This document shows, piece after piece, positions 36,225 through 49,022 of a DNA stretch of 64,000 nucleotides. The notes below the pieces were generated by a model, which worked only from the letters and a program-made list of their open reading frames with translations, made no database searches and was not told the origin of the DNA. Both the position numbers and the translations under genes were made by a program. Within the stretch, counting starts at the first letter, position 1. Each line of letters starts with the position of its first letter. This stretch comes from Chiloscyllium plagiosum (taxonomy: Eukaryota): positions 8,063,901-8,127,900 of the forward strand of contig NC_057749.1 in the NCBI RefSeq assembly GCF_004010195.1. The letters run 5' to 3'.

Positions 36225-36750
36225 ACTATCTTCATTTCTGGTCTCCCAGCCTTGGGAAAGATGTTGTGAAACTTGAAAGGGTTCAGAAAAGATTTACAAA
36301 GATGTAGCCAAGGTTGGAGAGTTTGAGCCAAACGGAGAGGCTGAATAGACTGGGGCTGTTTTCTCTGGAGCATCGGAGACTGATTTTAGAGAGGTTTATA
36401 CAATCATGAGGGGCATGGATAGGGTGAATAGTTAAGGCCCTTTCCCCAGGATAGGGAAGTCCGAGTCTAGAGGGTGTAGGATTACGGTGAGAGGGGAAAG
36501 ATTTAAAAGGGGCCTAGGGGGTAATGTTTTCAACAGAGGGTGGGGTGTGTATAGAATGTGCAGTCAGAGGAAGTGGTAGAGGCTGGTATAATTACAGCAT
36601 TTAAAAGGCATCTGGATGAGTAAATGGTTTTGAATGCGGGCCAAATGATGGCAAATTGGACTAGACTAACTTAGGGTATCTGGTCGGAATGGATGAGTTA
36701 GACCGAAGGGTCTGTTTCCTTGCTGGACAGCTCTATGACTCTATGACTGT
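36225..36750 (+). mobile_element. CR1/HER1-type LINE 3' fragment
   Basis: 'gatgttgtgaaacttgaaagggttcagaaaagatttac...gaccgaagggtctgtttcc...ctctatgactctatgact'. Confidence 0.9.
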
Positions 36751-37195
36751 TGTTCTTTGCTGCTTTGATTGATTCATGTAGCCAAAATAAAATTCCAGTT
36801 GACGTGGGAGATTCAGCCCTTTAAAAGCTGCCCAGCTCTGAGTTTTCACTCCAACCCATTGCTGATCACAGTGTTCTCTGCACTTGTGAAAACAGCACAG
36901 TGCTCACATTATAATAACATGCCCTGGCTCAATCTGGCGAAGTTTGCCATTCACTTCAAGAAAGTGCAGTTCAATGTAAACGCCTTGGTCTCCATTGCAT
37001 TCTTATTACGATCAGTGACCTCTGCCAATAATTTTCATCTCTCATAGATTTTATTTCACTTCTTCTCTAACATCCTGGCCACAAACTGAAGGGCTATAAT
37101 TGTAATGAAAATAAAGTACTGCAGATGCTGGAAACCGAAATAAAAACACAAAGTGGTCAATCCTGGGATGGCAGGACTGGAGTGTGGAGAGATAT

Positions 37196-37405
37196 TGAGT
37201 TGATAAATTGTGGCACTGGAAAAGGCACAGCAGTTCAGGTAGCATCTGAGGAACAAGACAGTTGACATTTTGCACCTGATGGAGGGTTATGCCAAAAATG
37301 TTGACTCCCTTGCTCCTCAGATGCTGCCTGACCTGCTATGTCTTTTCCAGCACCACACTTTATCGACTCTGACTCTCCAGCATCTGCGGTCCTTACTATT
37401 TCCTA
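37196..37405. mobile_element. Palindromic PLE family-A mini-element, diverged
   Basis: Arms 'ctggaaaaggcacagcagttcaggtagcatctgagg' / 'cctcagatgctgcctgacctgctatgtcttttccag'; core 'cctgatggagggttatgccaaaaatgttgac'. Confidence 0.75.
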
Positions 37406-37466
37406 GCAAAGAGAGAGATTGGATTGGATAGAACTATATTGACTGGGGTTTAGATGAGGGGAGATG

Positions 37467-37830
37467 TTATAGAAGCCCATGAAATATTAACAGGACTAGA
37501 CAGAGTAAATACAGGAAGGATGTTCCCAATGACTGGGGAGTTAAGAACCAGGGGTTCACAGGCTGAGGATACGGGGTAGGCCATTTAGAACTGAGTGAGG
37601 AGAAATTTCTTCGCCCAGAGAGTGGGAAGCCTGTGGAATTCTCTGCCACAGAAAGCAGTTAAGGACAAAACATTGAACATTTTCCAGGAGGTAGATACAG
37701 GTCTTAGAGCTAAAGGGGTCAAAGGGGAGAAAGTGGGAATGCAGTACTGTGTTGGATGATCAGCCATGGTAATCTTGAATGGTGGAGTAGGCTCAAAGGG
37801 CCTACTCCTGCTCCTACTTTCTTTGTTTCT
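37467..37830 (+). mobile_element. CR1 LINE 3' fragment
   Basis: 'ccatttagaactgagtgaggagaaatttcttcgcccagagagtggg...ctgtggaattctctgccacag'. Confidence 0.85.
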
Positions 37831-37831
37831 C

Positions 37832-38012
37832 AGCACATCTGGCAGTCTCTTGGGCAGTAAAAGAGAGTAAATGGTTCAGGTATAACATGACTCTTCTTGA
37901 GGGATGAAGAGTTAATCATTTGAAACTCTTCTGAAGAAGTGTTAATCCAAAATGTGAACTCTGTGTCTCTCTCCTCAGATGCTGCCAGACCTGCTGAGTT
38001 TCTCCTGCACAT
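37832..38012. mobile_element. Inverted pair of PLE family-C termini
   Basis: 'cagcacatctggcagtctct...ctcttcttga' faces 'tctgaagaagtgttaatccaaaatgtgaactc...cagatgctgccagacctgctgag'. Confidence 0.6.
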
Positions 38013-39619
38013 TGTTTTTATTATGGGGTGTCTAATTTTGCATCTATTTTTTTAAGTCAGCCTTGAAAGCACGTCAAAGTATTTTTTTAATGTGTTTATT
38101 CAATTTGCAGCACATACTAGTTTCTCTTTAAAATGGAAAGATGGATTACGTTCATGTGCCCTGTGTTGTGAACTTTGACTTAAATTATGTTGGTCCGATG
38201 GTGTGGCTTTCCTCGCCATCCTAGGGTAGCTGTCATTTTGAGTCAAACATTGGAGTCATGGAGTTGTGTTAGTCCTGAACTAAATGAGTTTGGCACGTCA
38301 TTGGTGCCTTTCTGCTCACTGTTGGGGTTTTTGTACTTGATGAATAGGTTCCACCTCTCTTTGTCTTCAGTAATCTAATGCGATGCTACTCAACCTGCCC
38401 ATACAATATCTCCTCTGAAGGAGATTTTGCAGAAGGAAGATCTTGCAGAGCCACCACCAAGGGGAGAATGGGCTTCAACCTGTGACAACAGTTGATTCCC
38501 ACCCAGGTTCGTTACGGGGAAATTTATGAGGAACTGCTGTTGCTTCTAATCATCTGTTACTTCCGATCATTCCTTACAAATATTCAGCCACAAAGACAGC
38601 GTGTGTTGAGTAATTTATTATTCCAGTACAGTTCTCACTAACTCTTAAAATTTACATTTATTGCTTGCTATTCTCTGAAGTCATATCACTCTGGGAATCA
38701 CTTATTCACATGAATATTAATTGCACTGATTATAAACTCCATGCAGATGCTATCAGCATGTCAGCACTTCATATATTCCAATAATTCCATAATTCTCAGA
38801 AAGGTAATTCCCATAGAGTTAATACAGCTTCCGAATGTGGTCTTAATATTAAAAGCAGAGGGAATGGGTTCTCATATTTGCACAGTGGGTTGCAGTCCAC
38901 TTGTTTGGTGACTCCATTTACGCTCTGACCTCCATTGCGACTTAATGTCTGTGTGATGACTGTCTCTTTATACAGACTTCCTTCTGCTATTGTTGCTGCC
39001 TCTGTTCCCTTCGGATGCTCCTCGCCATGGTTGAAGGAACTGATTGATTACTGTCCTGTCTGGCACCCTCTCTGCATTTGCCTGAGGTTTCGTCATAGCC
39101 CCAGAGTGATCACCATTATCACCTTATCCTACAAACACCCTGATCATCGACTTGCGCTTTCCTTCCACCATTCTTTCTGATCTTTCTTTCGAATTGGCTT
39201 CAGCTCTCTCAGGAGCCTGTTGAAAGTGCCACACTTTATTTATTTCAGTCTCTTTTCTGCTACATTCACAATTGCTATTCTTAATCTCCTTCCTTTTTTA
39301 TTTCACATTGCAGCTATTCCATATTGCAATTTTTAACTGACTGCACTTCAGAACTACCGAACGAAGTGGAAGGAATAAGGATTGGACATTCACTACTAAA
39401 AGAGAATTGATTCGTGCAAGAGAGATTGGCAGTGTATAGCACCATGTCCCATGGTGTGGCTGTGATTCTGTGGGGGTAGCTCCGCTCACGTGGCTGGGTG
39501 ACTCATTTGCCAAAGTTGAGCAATGCTAACATTGTGAGTTCAATTCCCACACCAGCTGGGTGTGAAGAACTCTCCTTCTCAACTCTCTCCTCACCTGTGG
39601 TGTGGTGACCCTGAGGTCA

Positions 39620-40020
39620 GCCATAGAAATGTATGACACAGAAACAGATCCTTCAGTCCAACTTGCCCATGCAGACCAGCTATCCTAAATTAATCTCGCC
39701 CCAATTTGACAGCATGTAGCCCATATGCCTCTAAACCCTTCCTATTCATATGCCTATCCAGATGCCTTTTAAATGCTGTAATTGTACCAGCCTCCACCAC
39801 TTCCTCTTGCAGCTCATTCCATACACGTACTACCCTCCGCGTGAAAAAATGATCCCTTTTAAATTTCTCCCCTCTCACCTTAAACCTATGCCTTCTAGGT
39901 TTGGACTGCCCTACCCTGGGGAAGGGACCTTGACTATTCACCCTATCCATGCCCCTTATTATGTTATAAACTTCTATAAGGTCACCCCTCAGCTTCCGAC
40001 CCCCCAAAGAAAATAGCGTT
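39620..40020 (-). mobile_element. CR1/HER1-type LINE 3' fragment nested in a family-3 SINE
   Basis: 'KLRGDLIEVYNIIRGMDRVN...FFTRRVVRVWNEL...AFKRHLDRHM'. Confidence 0.9.
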
Positions 40021-40049
40021 GGTCTCATCTCCCTCTAATAAGAGAGCAA

Positions 40050-40350
40050 ATTGATATTGTAATGTACAAAGCACAGTAAACTCCAACAAACAGTAATGCA
40101 ATAACGTCCAGCTAATCTCTTTTACTGACACCCGTTGCAGAATAAATATTTGCAGAACATCAGGGATTTTCTTTAAAATAGTCTGGTGGGATCCTTTCTG
40201 TCTGCTTGAGAGGACAGATGGGTCCTTGATTTACGTGTCTTCTAAAGGCCAGCCCCTCTGTCAGTGCAGCATTCCCTCAGTACTGGAGCAAGGCTTGAAT
40301 CCATCACCTTGTACTTCAGTGACAGGAGTGCTGCCAGCTGAGTTACAGCC
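40050..40350 (-). mobile_element. Deu-domain SINE remnant (SacSINE1/AmnSINE1-like)
   Basis: Minus strand 'tactgagggaatgctgcactgacagagg...gtcctctcaagcagacagaaaggatccca...aaatattta' resembles the DeuSINE central domain. Confidence 0.6.
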
Positions 40351-41239
40351 AAGAGCTAATGAGCCTGCTCAAATTTTTTTGAAAAAATGTATATAGAGAA
40401 AATTCTGCCCTATCTTCTGATTTGGATGCTGCTCAATAGTCTTTAACACAAAATGATACAGCATAGAATGAGGCTATTTGGCCCATTGTCCTTGCACCAC
40501 CTCCTTGAAAGGTTAGTTCCAACTGTTGCCCTTATTCCCACAACCCGTTAATTGTAGCTGGCACTGTACATTCCTCAATGTGTACCATTTCACATTCCTC
40601 TGTACATTTCACTGACAAGGCAAGCTCTTCGATGCCTGTGCGACTCCAATAATTTGACAGGACAGGAGTTGGGAAGCTTAATTCACTGGACAGCTACAGA
40701 GTGAAGCCAATGCAGGTTCAATTCCTGCACCAGCTGAGGACACCCACGCAGGTCCATCATTCTCAATATCACTCCCCTCACCCCCCCCCCGCCTCACCTG
40801 AGGTATGGTGATCCTCAGGTTAAAAGCCACCAGTTGCCTGTATCACTAATGAGACAGCAGGAATATGGTGACTTTACTTTTACATGCATGGAAGGTTGAC
40901 GGATTTTACCCCTGACACACTGAACTTCATGAATTGTGCATGAAATATGGAGTCATATGTGCAAAGGCTGAGTTGATAGATGTATCATCAACTCCTGAAT
41001 AGTTGCTACCTACAATTTCTGGGCTCCCTGTTTTTATTGGACAGGAAATGTTTACAGTATCGGTTTTACTGATTAAGCTGGGTTTCTATTATCCCTCTGT
41101 TGTGTTGGTTATGCCACCATTGCCCCTGAAATCTAAAGAGCACGTTGAAAGGGGAGTCATTTATGGTTACTGCTGGAATTAGGGGATTGCTTTCCCTGAT
41201 TATCTCTTTGCCCATTGTGTTACAGGAAATATATGCAGT

Positions 41240-41600
41240 GTAGGCCATTCAACCCCTCCAGCCTGTTCCACCACTCAACCAGGTCTTGGCTGATTTTCTA
41301 CCTTACCACCATATTTCTGCACTATCGCTATGTCCATCGATATCTTTAATATGTAGACACCTAGCAATTTCCATCTTGAATGTACTCAATGACCCTGGTC
41401 TCTGCAGCCCTCCAGGGTAGAAAACACCAAAGATGGATCATCTTCAAAGGGAAGAAATTCCTCCTCATCTCACCTGCATTTATTCTGAGACTGTACTCCC
41501 AAATCCAACAGCTCCCTCTCTCCAGTGGCAAATAGGAGGAGTTTCTCTTCAATGTCGTAGTATCCAGTTTGAAGTCTTTTGCCCATTATTGAGTCATCTG
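41240..41600 (-). mobile_element. CR1 LINE 3' fragment
   Basis: 'GEMRRNFFPLKMIHLWCFLP'. Confidence 0.75.
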
Positions 41601-41785
41601 GAGGTACCAGGATTCTCAAAGGGAACATCCATGGGGAAAAGAGAGATTGTATACCAGTATAAAATAATGTAATGGAATAGGAATCATTACAGTCTGGAGT
41701 AAGGAGAGAATTGGAACAATTTCTCACTTATGGAGAATTTGGAACAACAATGATCTAATCCAAGGAAATCGCAAGCAATCTGCCA

Positions 41786-41990
41786 TAGAACATAGAACAT
41801 TACAGTGTAGTACAGGCCTTTCAGCCCTAGGTGTTGCACCGACCTGTGAAACTGATCTGAAGCCCATCAAACCTACACTATTTCATTATCATCCATATAT
41901 TTATCCAATGACTATTTAAATGCCCTTAAAATTGGTGAGTCTACTACCCTTGCAGGCAGGACATTCCACATCCTTACTACTCTCTACTCT
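41786..41990 (-). mobile_element. CR1 LINE tail, same subfamily as 31550-33120
   Basis: 'atagaacatagaacattacag...gacctgtgaaac..atctgaagccc' closely matches 31550-31750. Confidence 0.88.
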
Positions 41991-42120
41991 TTCTATTTTA
42001 TTTATATTTGCCGTAAGAAAGATAAGGGGCGAATGTCATTTAGCACTACTGCAAAGTTTGTGTCTTTCTTTTTATTTTTTCATATGACAAACACTGGAAC
42101 CTGTTGCCTATCCATCATCC

Positions 42121-42317
42121 AGGAGAAAGTGAGGGCTGCAGATGCTAGAGATCAGAGTCAAGACTCTGGTGCTGGTCAGGCAGCATCCGAGGAGCAGGGG
42201 AATCGACATTTCGGGCATACGCCATTCATGATGAAGGGCTCATGCTAGAAACTTCGATTCTTCTGCTCCTTGGATGCTGCAGGGCCTGCTGTGCTTTTCC
42301 AGCACCACACTTTCAAC
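42121..42317. mobile_element. Palindromic PLE family-A mini-element
   Basis: 'gaatcgacatttcgggcatacgccattca|tgatgaagggctcatgctagaaacttcgattc'; degenerate TSD gcctatcc(c)atcRtc at ~42106-42119 and ~42318-42332. Confidence 0.8.
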
Positions 42318-43230
42318 GCCTATCCCATCGTCTCCCTTGAGAAGAAAGTGATGAGTCACCACTTTGAACTACTGCAGTTTAGGCAGTGTAGGGACATACA
42401 CAGTGCTGTTAGGAAGGGAGTCTGAGGATATTGGCCCGGTGACAATGAAGGAACAACAGATACGGTTCCAAATCAAGATGGTGTGTGATTTGGAGGGGAC
42501 TGGATGGGTAATAAAGATTCCAGGTGATAAAAGTCACACATCTGGAAGGCGCAGTTGAAGGAACCTTGATGATGGTACACATTGCTGAGTTGGTAGTGGC
42601 AAAAGACTATGTTTAAGTTGAAAGCACGGAGCCTCAAAGCATGTCATTTAGAAAGGATCTTGGTAAAGTTACATAATGTTCAGCATTAATTCCCACAGCT
42701 TCAGATTGAATAAAGGTCTCAATGACTGTAAATGATTTGACTCCAAGTACATCACGATTGGGAGTTATTAAAACTTATCTCAGGATGATGCATTTATTAT
42801 CTTTATCTCTAGCAGATGGAAATTATTTTTACAAACGAAAGCTGATTCAGTGCCATCACTTTCCCTGTTTAGGATACTGCAAAAATATATATTACAGGAA
42901 GAATTGTCACCTCGATATCAAGGGCAGGAGGAGGCGGAAATCTCCAAAACTTTGAGAATTTGTAAAGAAAATTGAAGAAAGTAAGGGCTAGGTTTTGGAA
43001 GTCCCAAAAAGCAGGTAAAGTTGGGATTAGGAAAGTAGTTACATTTTAAAAATCTCAGCCCTCACCTCTACCCTCCCTCTTCTGGGTGCAGTTTTGGCCT
43101 TCTTAGATTGATTGATTGATTTAATGTTGTTACATGTGCAGAGTTACAGAGAAAAGAGTTGTTTTGTGTGGTCTTCAGGCAGATCATACCATACAAAGTA
43201 TATCACAGTGGTAGAACAAAGTGCAGTATA

Positions 43231-43458
43231 GAGTGTCAAGATTAGAATGGTGCTGGAAAAGCACAGCAGGTCAGTCAGTATCCGAGGAGCAGGAAAAAAA
43301 TCGACATTTCGGGCAAAATCCTTTCATCAGGATTCCTGATGAAGGGCTTTTGCCCGAAACATTGATTTTCCTGCTTCTCGGATGCTGCCTGACCTGCTGT
43401 GCTTTTCCAGTACCACTCTAATCTTGACTCTAACCTCCAGCATTGCAGTACCCGCTCC
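43231..43458. mobile_element. Palindromic PLE family-A mini-element with two opposed hammerhead cores and 9-bp TSD
   Basis: TSD tgcagtata at 43222-43230 and 43459-43467; ~97-bp arms symmetric about caggaTtcctg (43333). Confidence 0.9.
43333..43368 (+). ncRNA. Minimal type-I hammerhead ribozyme motif
   Basis: CUGAUGA-A-GGGC-uuuu-GCCC-GAAA-C-AUU. The family consensus triplet GUC is seen at 5424-5426. A mirror core lies on the minus strand at ~43300-43331. Confidence 0.65.
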
Positions 43459-44204
43459 TGCAGTATACAGTGTTACAGCCGCAGAGAAGATGCAGAGGGA
43501 GAGATCAGCATTAACATTTGAAGGGTCCATTCGAAAGGCTGCGTACTGTGGGAAAGAATGTTTTCTTGAATCTGCTCATGTGGGTATTCAAACTTTAGTA
43601 TCTTCTGCCCGACTAAAGAGGGTGGAAGCGAGTATAACTGGGGTGGAGGGGTCTTTGATTATGTTGGTTGTTTTCCTGAGGTAGTGGAAGTATACGTGAA
43701 GTTCAGTGGATGCAAGTCTGGTTTCTGTAATGCACTGGGCTATATTCACGACTCTCTGTAGTTTCTTGCAGATTGGGAAGAGCAGTTACCAAACCACACT
43801 GTGATTTATCCAGATAGGACACTTCCTTTGGTGCACAAACATAAATTTGTAAGTATCTTTTTTGAACATGCTGAATTTCCTTAGCATCCAGAGGAGGTAC
43901 AAACGTTGTTGTGCTTTCTTAACCATTTCATCGACGTGGCTGGACCAAGACAGATTGTTGGTGATCAATGCGCCCACTTACTTGAGAAGTGCATGAGAAT
44001 CATTTTTAAAAAAAAGTTCCTGTGACTTATTCCTGGGATGAAGAGGTTGTCTTATGAGGAAAGGCTGAGCATGTTAGGCCTTTCCTCAGGGGATATTAGA
44101 AGAAGGAAAAGCAATTCTTTTGAAACATGCGACATCTGGAGGGGATAACATAAAACAAAGGACTGCACTTGCTGGAAATTAGAAACCAATACAGAAATTG
44201 CAAT

Positions 44205-44470
44205 GCGACATGTTGGCTCAATCTTAGTGCTGCCTCTTAGTGCTAGGGAACTGGGTTCGATTCCAGCCTCGAGTGACTGTCTATGGAGTTTGTATATCTC
44301 CCTATGTCTGTTTTGGCATCCTCCCACAGTCCAAAGATGTGAGAATTGGGTGGATTACTTATGGGAAATGCAGGGTGACAGGGGTGATTCCAGGTGGGGA
44401 TGCTCTTTGGAGGGCCAATGAGTGCTCTTTGGGATGAATAGTCTGTTTCCACACTGTAGGGATTCTATGC
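44205..44470 (+). mobile_element. HE1 SINE, diverged
   Basis: 'gggttcgattccagcc...ctcccacagtccaaagatgtg...tttccacactgtagggattctatg'. Confidence 0.85.
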
Positions 44471-44981
44471 TTGTAGATGTCAGAGCCGGTGTAGGCTCAT
44501 GGGCTGAATGCCCTCCTTATGCCCTGTAACAATTCTGTGACTCCATTGGATTATCCTTCCTCTCATGATATCAGTAGCCTAAACTAATAACAAAAAGCAG
44601 AATTGTTGGAAACAAATCTACTGAAGAAATTCCAGCTGGTTCAGGTGGGTGACCACAAAAATATAAGAATATCTAACGTTTTGAACTCATGCAGAGGAGA
44701 CAGACAATCAACTACACCTGGAGAGGTGATGCAAGTAAAAAGGATCTGGTTTGAAGGAATGCATTTATTGTGGCCAATCAAAAACAGCCATCCAACTGTT
44801 CTAATCCCATTTTCCAGTGCTTGACCTATTTCCTTTTTTGTTGGCATCACAAGCGTACATCTAAATTCTTCTTGAACGTTATGAGGATTTCTGCCCTTAC
44901 AGGCAATGAGTTCCAGATTCCCATCAGCTTCTGGGTGGAAAATATTTTCCTCACATCTCCTCCAAATTGTATGCTCCTTTC

Positions 44982-45279
44982 CTGCTGCCTCACGGCGCCA
45001 GAAACCCAGGTTCAATCCCCGCCTCAGGCGACTGACTGTGTGGAGTTTGCACATTCTCCCCGTGTCTGCGTGGGTTTCCTCCGGGTGCTCCGGTTTCCTC
45101 CCACAGTCCAAAGATGTGCAGGTCAGGTGAATTGGCCATGCTAAATTGCCCGTAGTGTTAGGTAAGGGGTAAATGTAGGGGTATGGGTGGGTTGCGCTTC
45201 GGCAGGTCGGTGTGGACTTTTTGGGCCAAAGGGCCTGTTTCCACACTGTAAATAATCTAATCTAATCTAATCTAATCTA
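44982..45279 (+). mobile_element. HE1 SINE, young, inserted in a minus-strand CR1 fragment (44720-45550)
   Basis: Near-identical to 1793-2103 and 57160-57458; (aatct)5 tail. Confidence 0.95.
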
Positions 45280-45550
45280 TGCCTCCTGGTCATTGCTCCC
45301 TCTATCAAGGAAAGGTTTCTTCCTGTTTAACCTATCTATGCTCCTCATAAGATTATCTATCTTAATTGTGTCCTCCTCAACCTCTTCTGCTCTAAGGAAA
45401 ACAATCTTAGTCTATCCAATCTCACTGAAACTCTCCAGCCCAGGCAATATCCTAGCTATTCTCTCCTGCACCCTCTCCAATGCTATCACATGCCTCCTAT
45501 AATGTGGATTTCAGAACTGCAGTACATAGCATGTATAGGTTTTATACAGT

Positions 45551-46190
45551 TATAGAGTGAAAGAGTCATAGAGTTATGTAGCATGGAAACTGACCCTACG
45601 GTCCAACTCATCCACACTGACCAGATATCCTAAACCGATCTAGTCTCAATTGCCAGCTTTTGGCCCATATCCCTCTAAACCCTTCCTATGCATGTACCCA
45701 TCCAGATGCCTTTTAAATGTTGTAATTATACCCACGTCCACCACTCCCTCTGACAGCTCATTCCGTACACACACCACCCTCTGTCTGAAAATGTTGACTT
45801 TCAAGTCCTTTTCAAATCTTTCCACTCTCACCTTAAACCTATGCCATCTAATTTAGGACTCACAACCCTGGAAAAAAACAGCCTTGGATATTCACCCTGT
45901 CCATGGCTGTATAAACCTCTATAAGGTCATCCCTCAGTCTCTGACACTCCAGGGAAAAAAGCCCAGCCCATTCAATCTTTCCATATAGTTTACACCCTCC
46001 AACCCTGGCAACATCCTCATGAATCATTTCTGAATCCTTTTGCATTTAATGACATCTTTCCTATAGCAGGGAGACCAGAATTGAACACAATATTCTAAAA
46101 GTGGCCTCATCGATGTCTTGTACGGCTGCAACATTATATCCCAACTCCTATACTCAATGCACTGACCAATGACGGAAAGAGTACTAAAAC
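45551..46190 (-). mobile_element. CR1/HER1-type LINE 3' fragment
   Basis: 'GLFSLECQRLRDDLIEVY', 'TTFKRHLDGYMHRKGLEGYGP'. Confidence 0.9.
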
Positions 46191-47048
46191 TTGTTCCAGC
46201 ATAACTGCATGGTTTGTAAACTGTATGCTTTGTGAATGAAGATAAAACGACCGTTAGGCCTTTCAGGTGTCATTCCCTCATTTGCAAAGTTTGATTTACA
46301 TTTCCCCATCTAATAATACCTCAGGCATAAAATGACTGACCACCACATGTAGTTAGCAGTGTTGAGGCTACACCTCTGGACTGCAAGTGTTCAAATGAGG
46401 TGCTTTTTTAGAGAACAGATTAAAGAATTCTCTTGCCCGTTCTTCTGATCTATGTTCTGTTCTATTCATCTCAAATCCCAGTGGCTTCTATTGATGAAGT
46501 TCAGAAACTCGGCTTGTGTCTCATATTTTCCCTCAAAAATCATGCAACATCTGCTGTTCAGTAGGTGGAAATCATTTTGATGGCGTGTGTAGCTGCAGAG
46601 ATGTTGCCTCAAACTACAACTAAAAATATATGCGTTATAATCAGTCTAATTCAGTGCTGTCCATCAGCAAGTCTGGCTGGCATAATAGAGCAAGCCATTC
46701 GAGTGGCAGAAGGAAATGCAAAGGAGCAGGTCTACAGCTCCTTGTTTCATTCCCCACACCAACCACTACAGCCTGATTAGTCACTTCATGAGTTTTAATA
46801 AAAGGTGCATTGCTTGCTCTTTGCAAAACATTTTCATAAAAGAAAAAAAGTAATCACTTTTATTCAACAGCGGATGTTCTGCTTCATAATTTGCAAATCT
46901 AATCCAGTTTTATGGATGGATATTAAACTGAGACCGATCTCAGCATTGAGTTAGACATAAAACAGCCTATAGCACTATTTTGAACACGAGCAAGAGACTT
47001 CTTTCTGAGTCATATTTGAAATTTTTCCCTGAAACAACATGGCTTAGA

Positions 47049-47150
47049 ATTCTGAAGAAGTGTCATGTTGGACTCAGGACATTAACTCTCTCTCTACCGC
47101 TAGACTGATAATTTTCTCCAGCGTGTTCTGTATTTATTTCAGATCTTCAA
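47049..47150 (+). mobile_element. PLE family-C terminus nested in a Deu-SINE-like remnant (46915-47440)
   Basis: 'ttctgaagaagtgtcatgttggactcaggacattaactctc'. Confidence 0.55.
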
Positions 47151-48724
47151 CATTCGCTTTACATTTTGCAAAAATAGCTTATCTCGGTTCACGATCTTTG
47201 TAACATGCCTGCAGAATATTTAATGTTGTATAGCTTTGAGGGGGAAAAGCAGAGACACAATTTGGACCTGCATTGAAAACAAGCAACTTGGGATTAGACA
47301 TGAATAGAGTAGAACATAGATCTGGAAGGTAGCTCCCACATTCCTGACATTACAACTTTGACTAAGCATCAAACAAAAAAATTAATTGGCTGTAGAACAC
47401 TTTGAATCATTCTGGGGTCATGAAAGTTCTTTCTTTCGGACTTACACCAACAATGATTTTTTTTACTCACCAGCGTTGAACACATATAACTCCATATTCT
47501 CATGCCACATGCAGCAAAAGTATTTGAAGAAAATGAATGAGTAACTTCATATCCTCAAGGGATCTGGTTTTAATTTTAATAGAAATTCAAGTGTACCCTC
47601 AGACATATCTGGCTCCTGAATTTACATCATCTCTTCAGCTTTTGAAGTGCAATATTCTCTTAGATTGCATTGTCCTTTTGTAAACCTTGCACTCGTATTA
47701 AACTCCTTCATGAGAAACGTCTTTGCTTGCCAAGTTATTTATTAGCAAATTCGATTCCGAAGATGATCGCTGTTTCTTACTGACACCTGCAAAACTTAGA
47801 ACAAGAGAAAAGTTCAATTTGTTCACAACTTGAAGGGAGTAGTCTTAAAGGTGCAATGACTCAAATGTGTTCAGACACAGGCAGCACTTAGCAGAAGATA
47901 ATTTGACACTGCTGTCCATGCAGTGGAGTAAGAAAAACATTGAATCAGATGTATTGCAATTTCCTGGGCAGAGCATGTTTATCTACAGACTCAAGGAGAA
48001 CCTAACCTGCCTCTGTCCAAATGCTGATTAAAATTTAAATGTCGCAAAAATACAGTCATTATTGACATGGGAAAAATTAATCATAAATTTTTCGAAACCC
48101 TAGCAACACTGATTTTCCAGTGTCCTACAACCCTTGGGATTATTTTACGGCAGAAAGAAAAATATGCATTTATAGGTACTTTTAATCAACCTGTTAGACG
48201 GAAAACACAAGTCTGGGGCAGGTAAAACTTGAACCTAGACTTTCTAGCTCAGGTAGGGACAACTAGAACTGCACCACATGAGCTTTGAACTTGCAGTTAT
48301 AGAACATTTGTAATGGCCACCTGTTTGTTCACTATAGCCAGTCGAATACATACATCGTGCAGTCACTGTTGGAAAGAAGGAAAAACAGAGTAGCCAATTT
48401 GAACTTTGCAAATTCTCACAAATGTGATGATAACCAGATAACTTGCATTTGCGATGTTGCTTAAGGAATGAATGGCATCCAGGACACGAACGACAGCTTC
48501 CTTGCTCCTCTTCAAAATGATCTTTTAATCTAACATGTTAGCAGTCAGAACCTCAGTTTTATATCGCATCTGAAGCTATGATGTGTCTAGACCCTTTAAT
48601 CTACAATCCCTGATGAGACTGCCAAATGTTTGCAATTCCACAGTTCTGAACAAACGGAATAAACATTTTATACTGTAAAATGTTAGAAAAATAAAACTAC
48701 CTGCTATATATGTGCACAACTTGT

Positions 48725-49022
48725 GGGTGGCATGGTGGCACAGTGGTTAGCATTGCTGCCTCACAATGCCAGAGACCTGGGTTCAATTTCCGCCTCAGGC
48801 AACTGTCTGTGTGAAGTTTGCACTTTCTCTTCACGTGCTCCGGTTTCCTCCCACAGTCCAATAAAAAATGTGCAGGTTAGGTGAATTGGCCATGCTAAAT
48901 TGCCCAAAGTGTTAGGTGAAGGGGTAAATGTAGGGGAATGGGTCTGGGTGGGTTGCTCTTCGGAGTCGTCGGTGTGGACTTGTTGGGCCAAAGGGCCTGT
49001 TTTCACACTGTAAGTAATCTAA
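48725..49022 (+). mobile_element. HE1 SINE
   Basis: HE1 head, V-domain with an internal deletion, and tail. Confidence 0.92.

Larger units (their letters stand above)
43105..43975 (-). mobile_element. Rex1/Babar-type LINE 3' fragment, interrupted by a PLE mini-element
   Basis: 'ITNNLSWSSHVDEMVKKAQQRLYLLWMLRKFSM'; (attg)n terminal repeats at ~43107. Confidence 0.75.

Noticed and set aside
42870..42985. Possible exon ILQKYILQEELSPRYQGQEEAEISKTLRI
   Set aside because: All frames stop before the strong donor at 42981, and the peptide is not recognised.
44641..45246. Longest ORF in the track (201 aa)
   Set aside because: It is an antisense read-through of an HE1 SINE into a CR1 fragment; the same 'WPIHLTCTSLDCGRKPEHPEETH' peptide recurs in other HE1 copies.
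48605..48660. Stand-alone hammerhead (ctgatgagactg...cagttctgaa)
   Set aside because: There is no GAAA box directly after the putative stem II and no stem III/NUH site. Other isolated CTGATGA hits (15584, 50734, 57737, 59552) fail in the same way.
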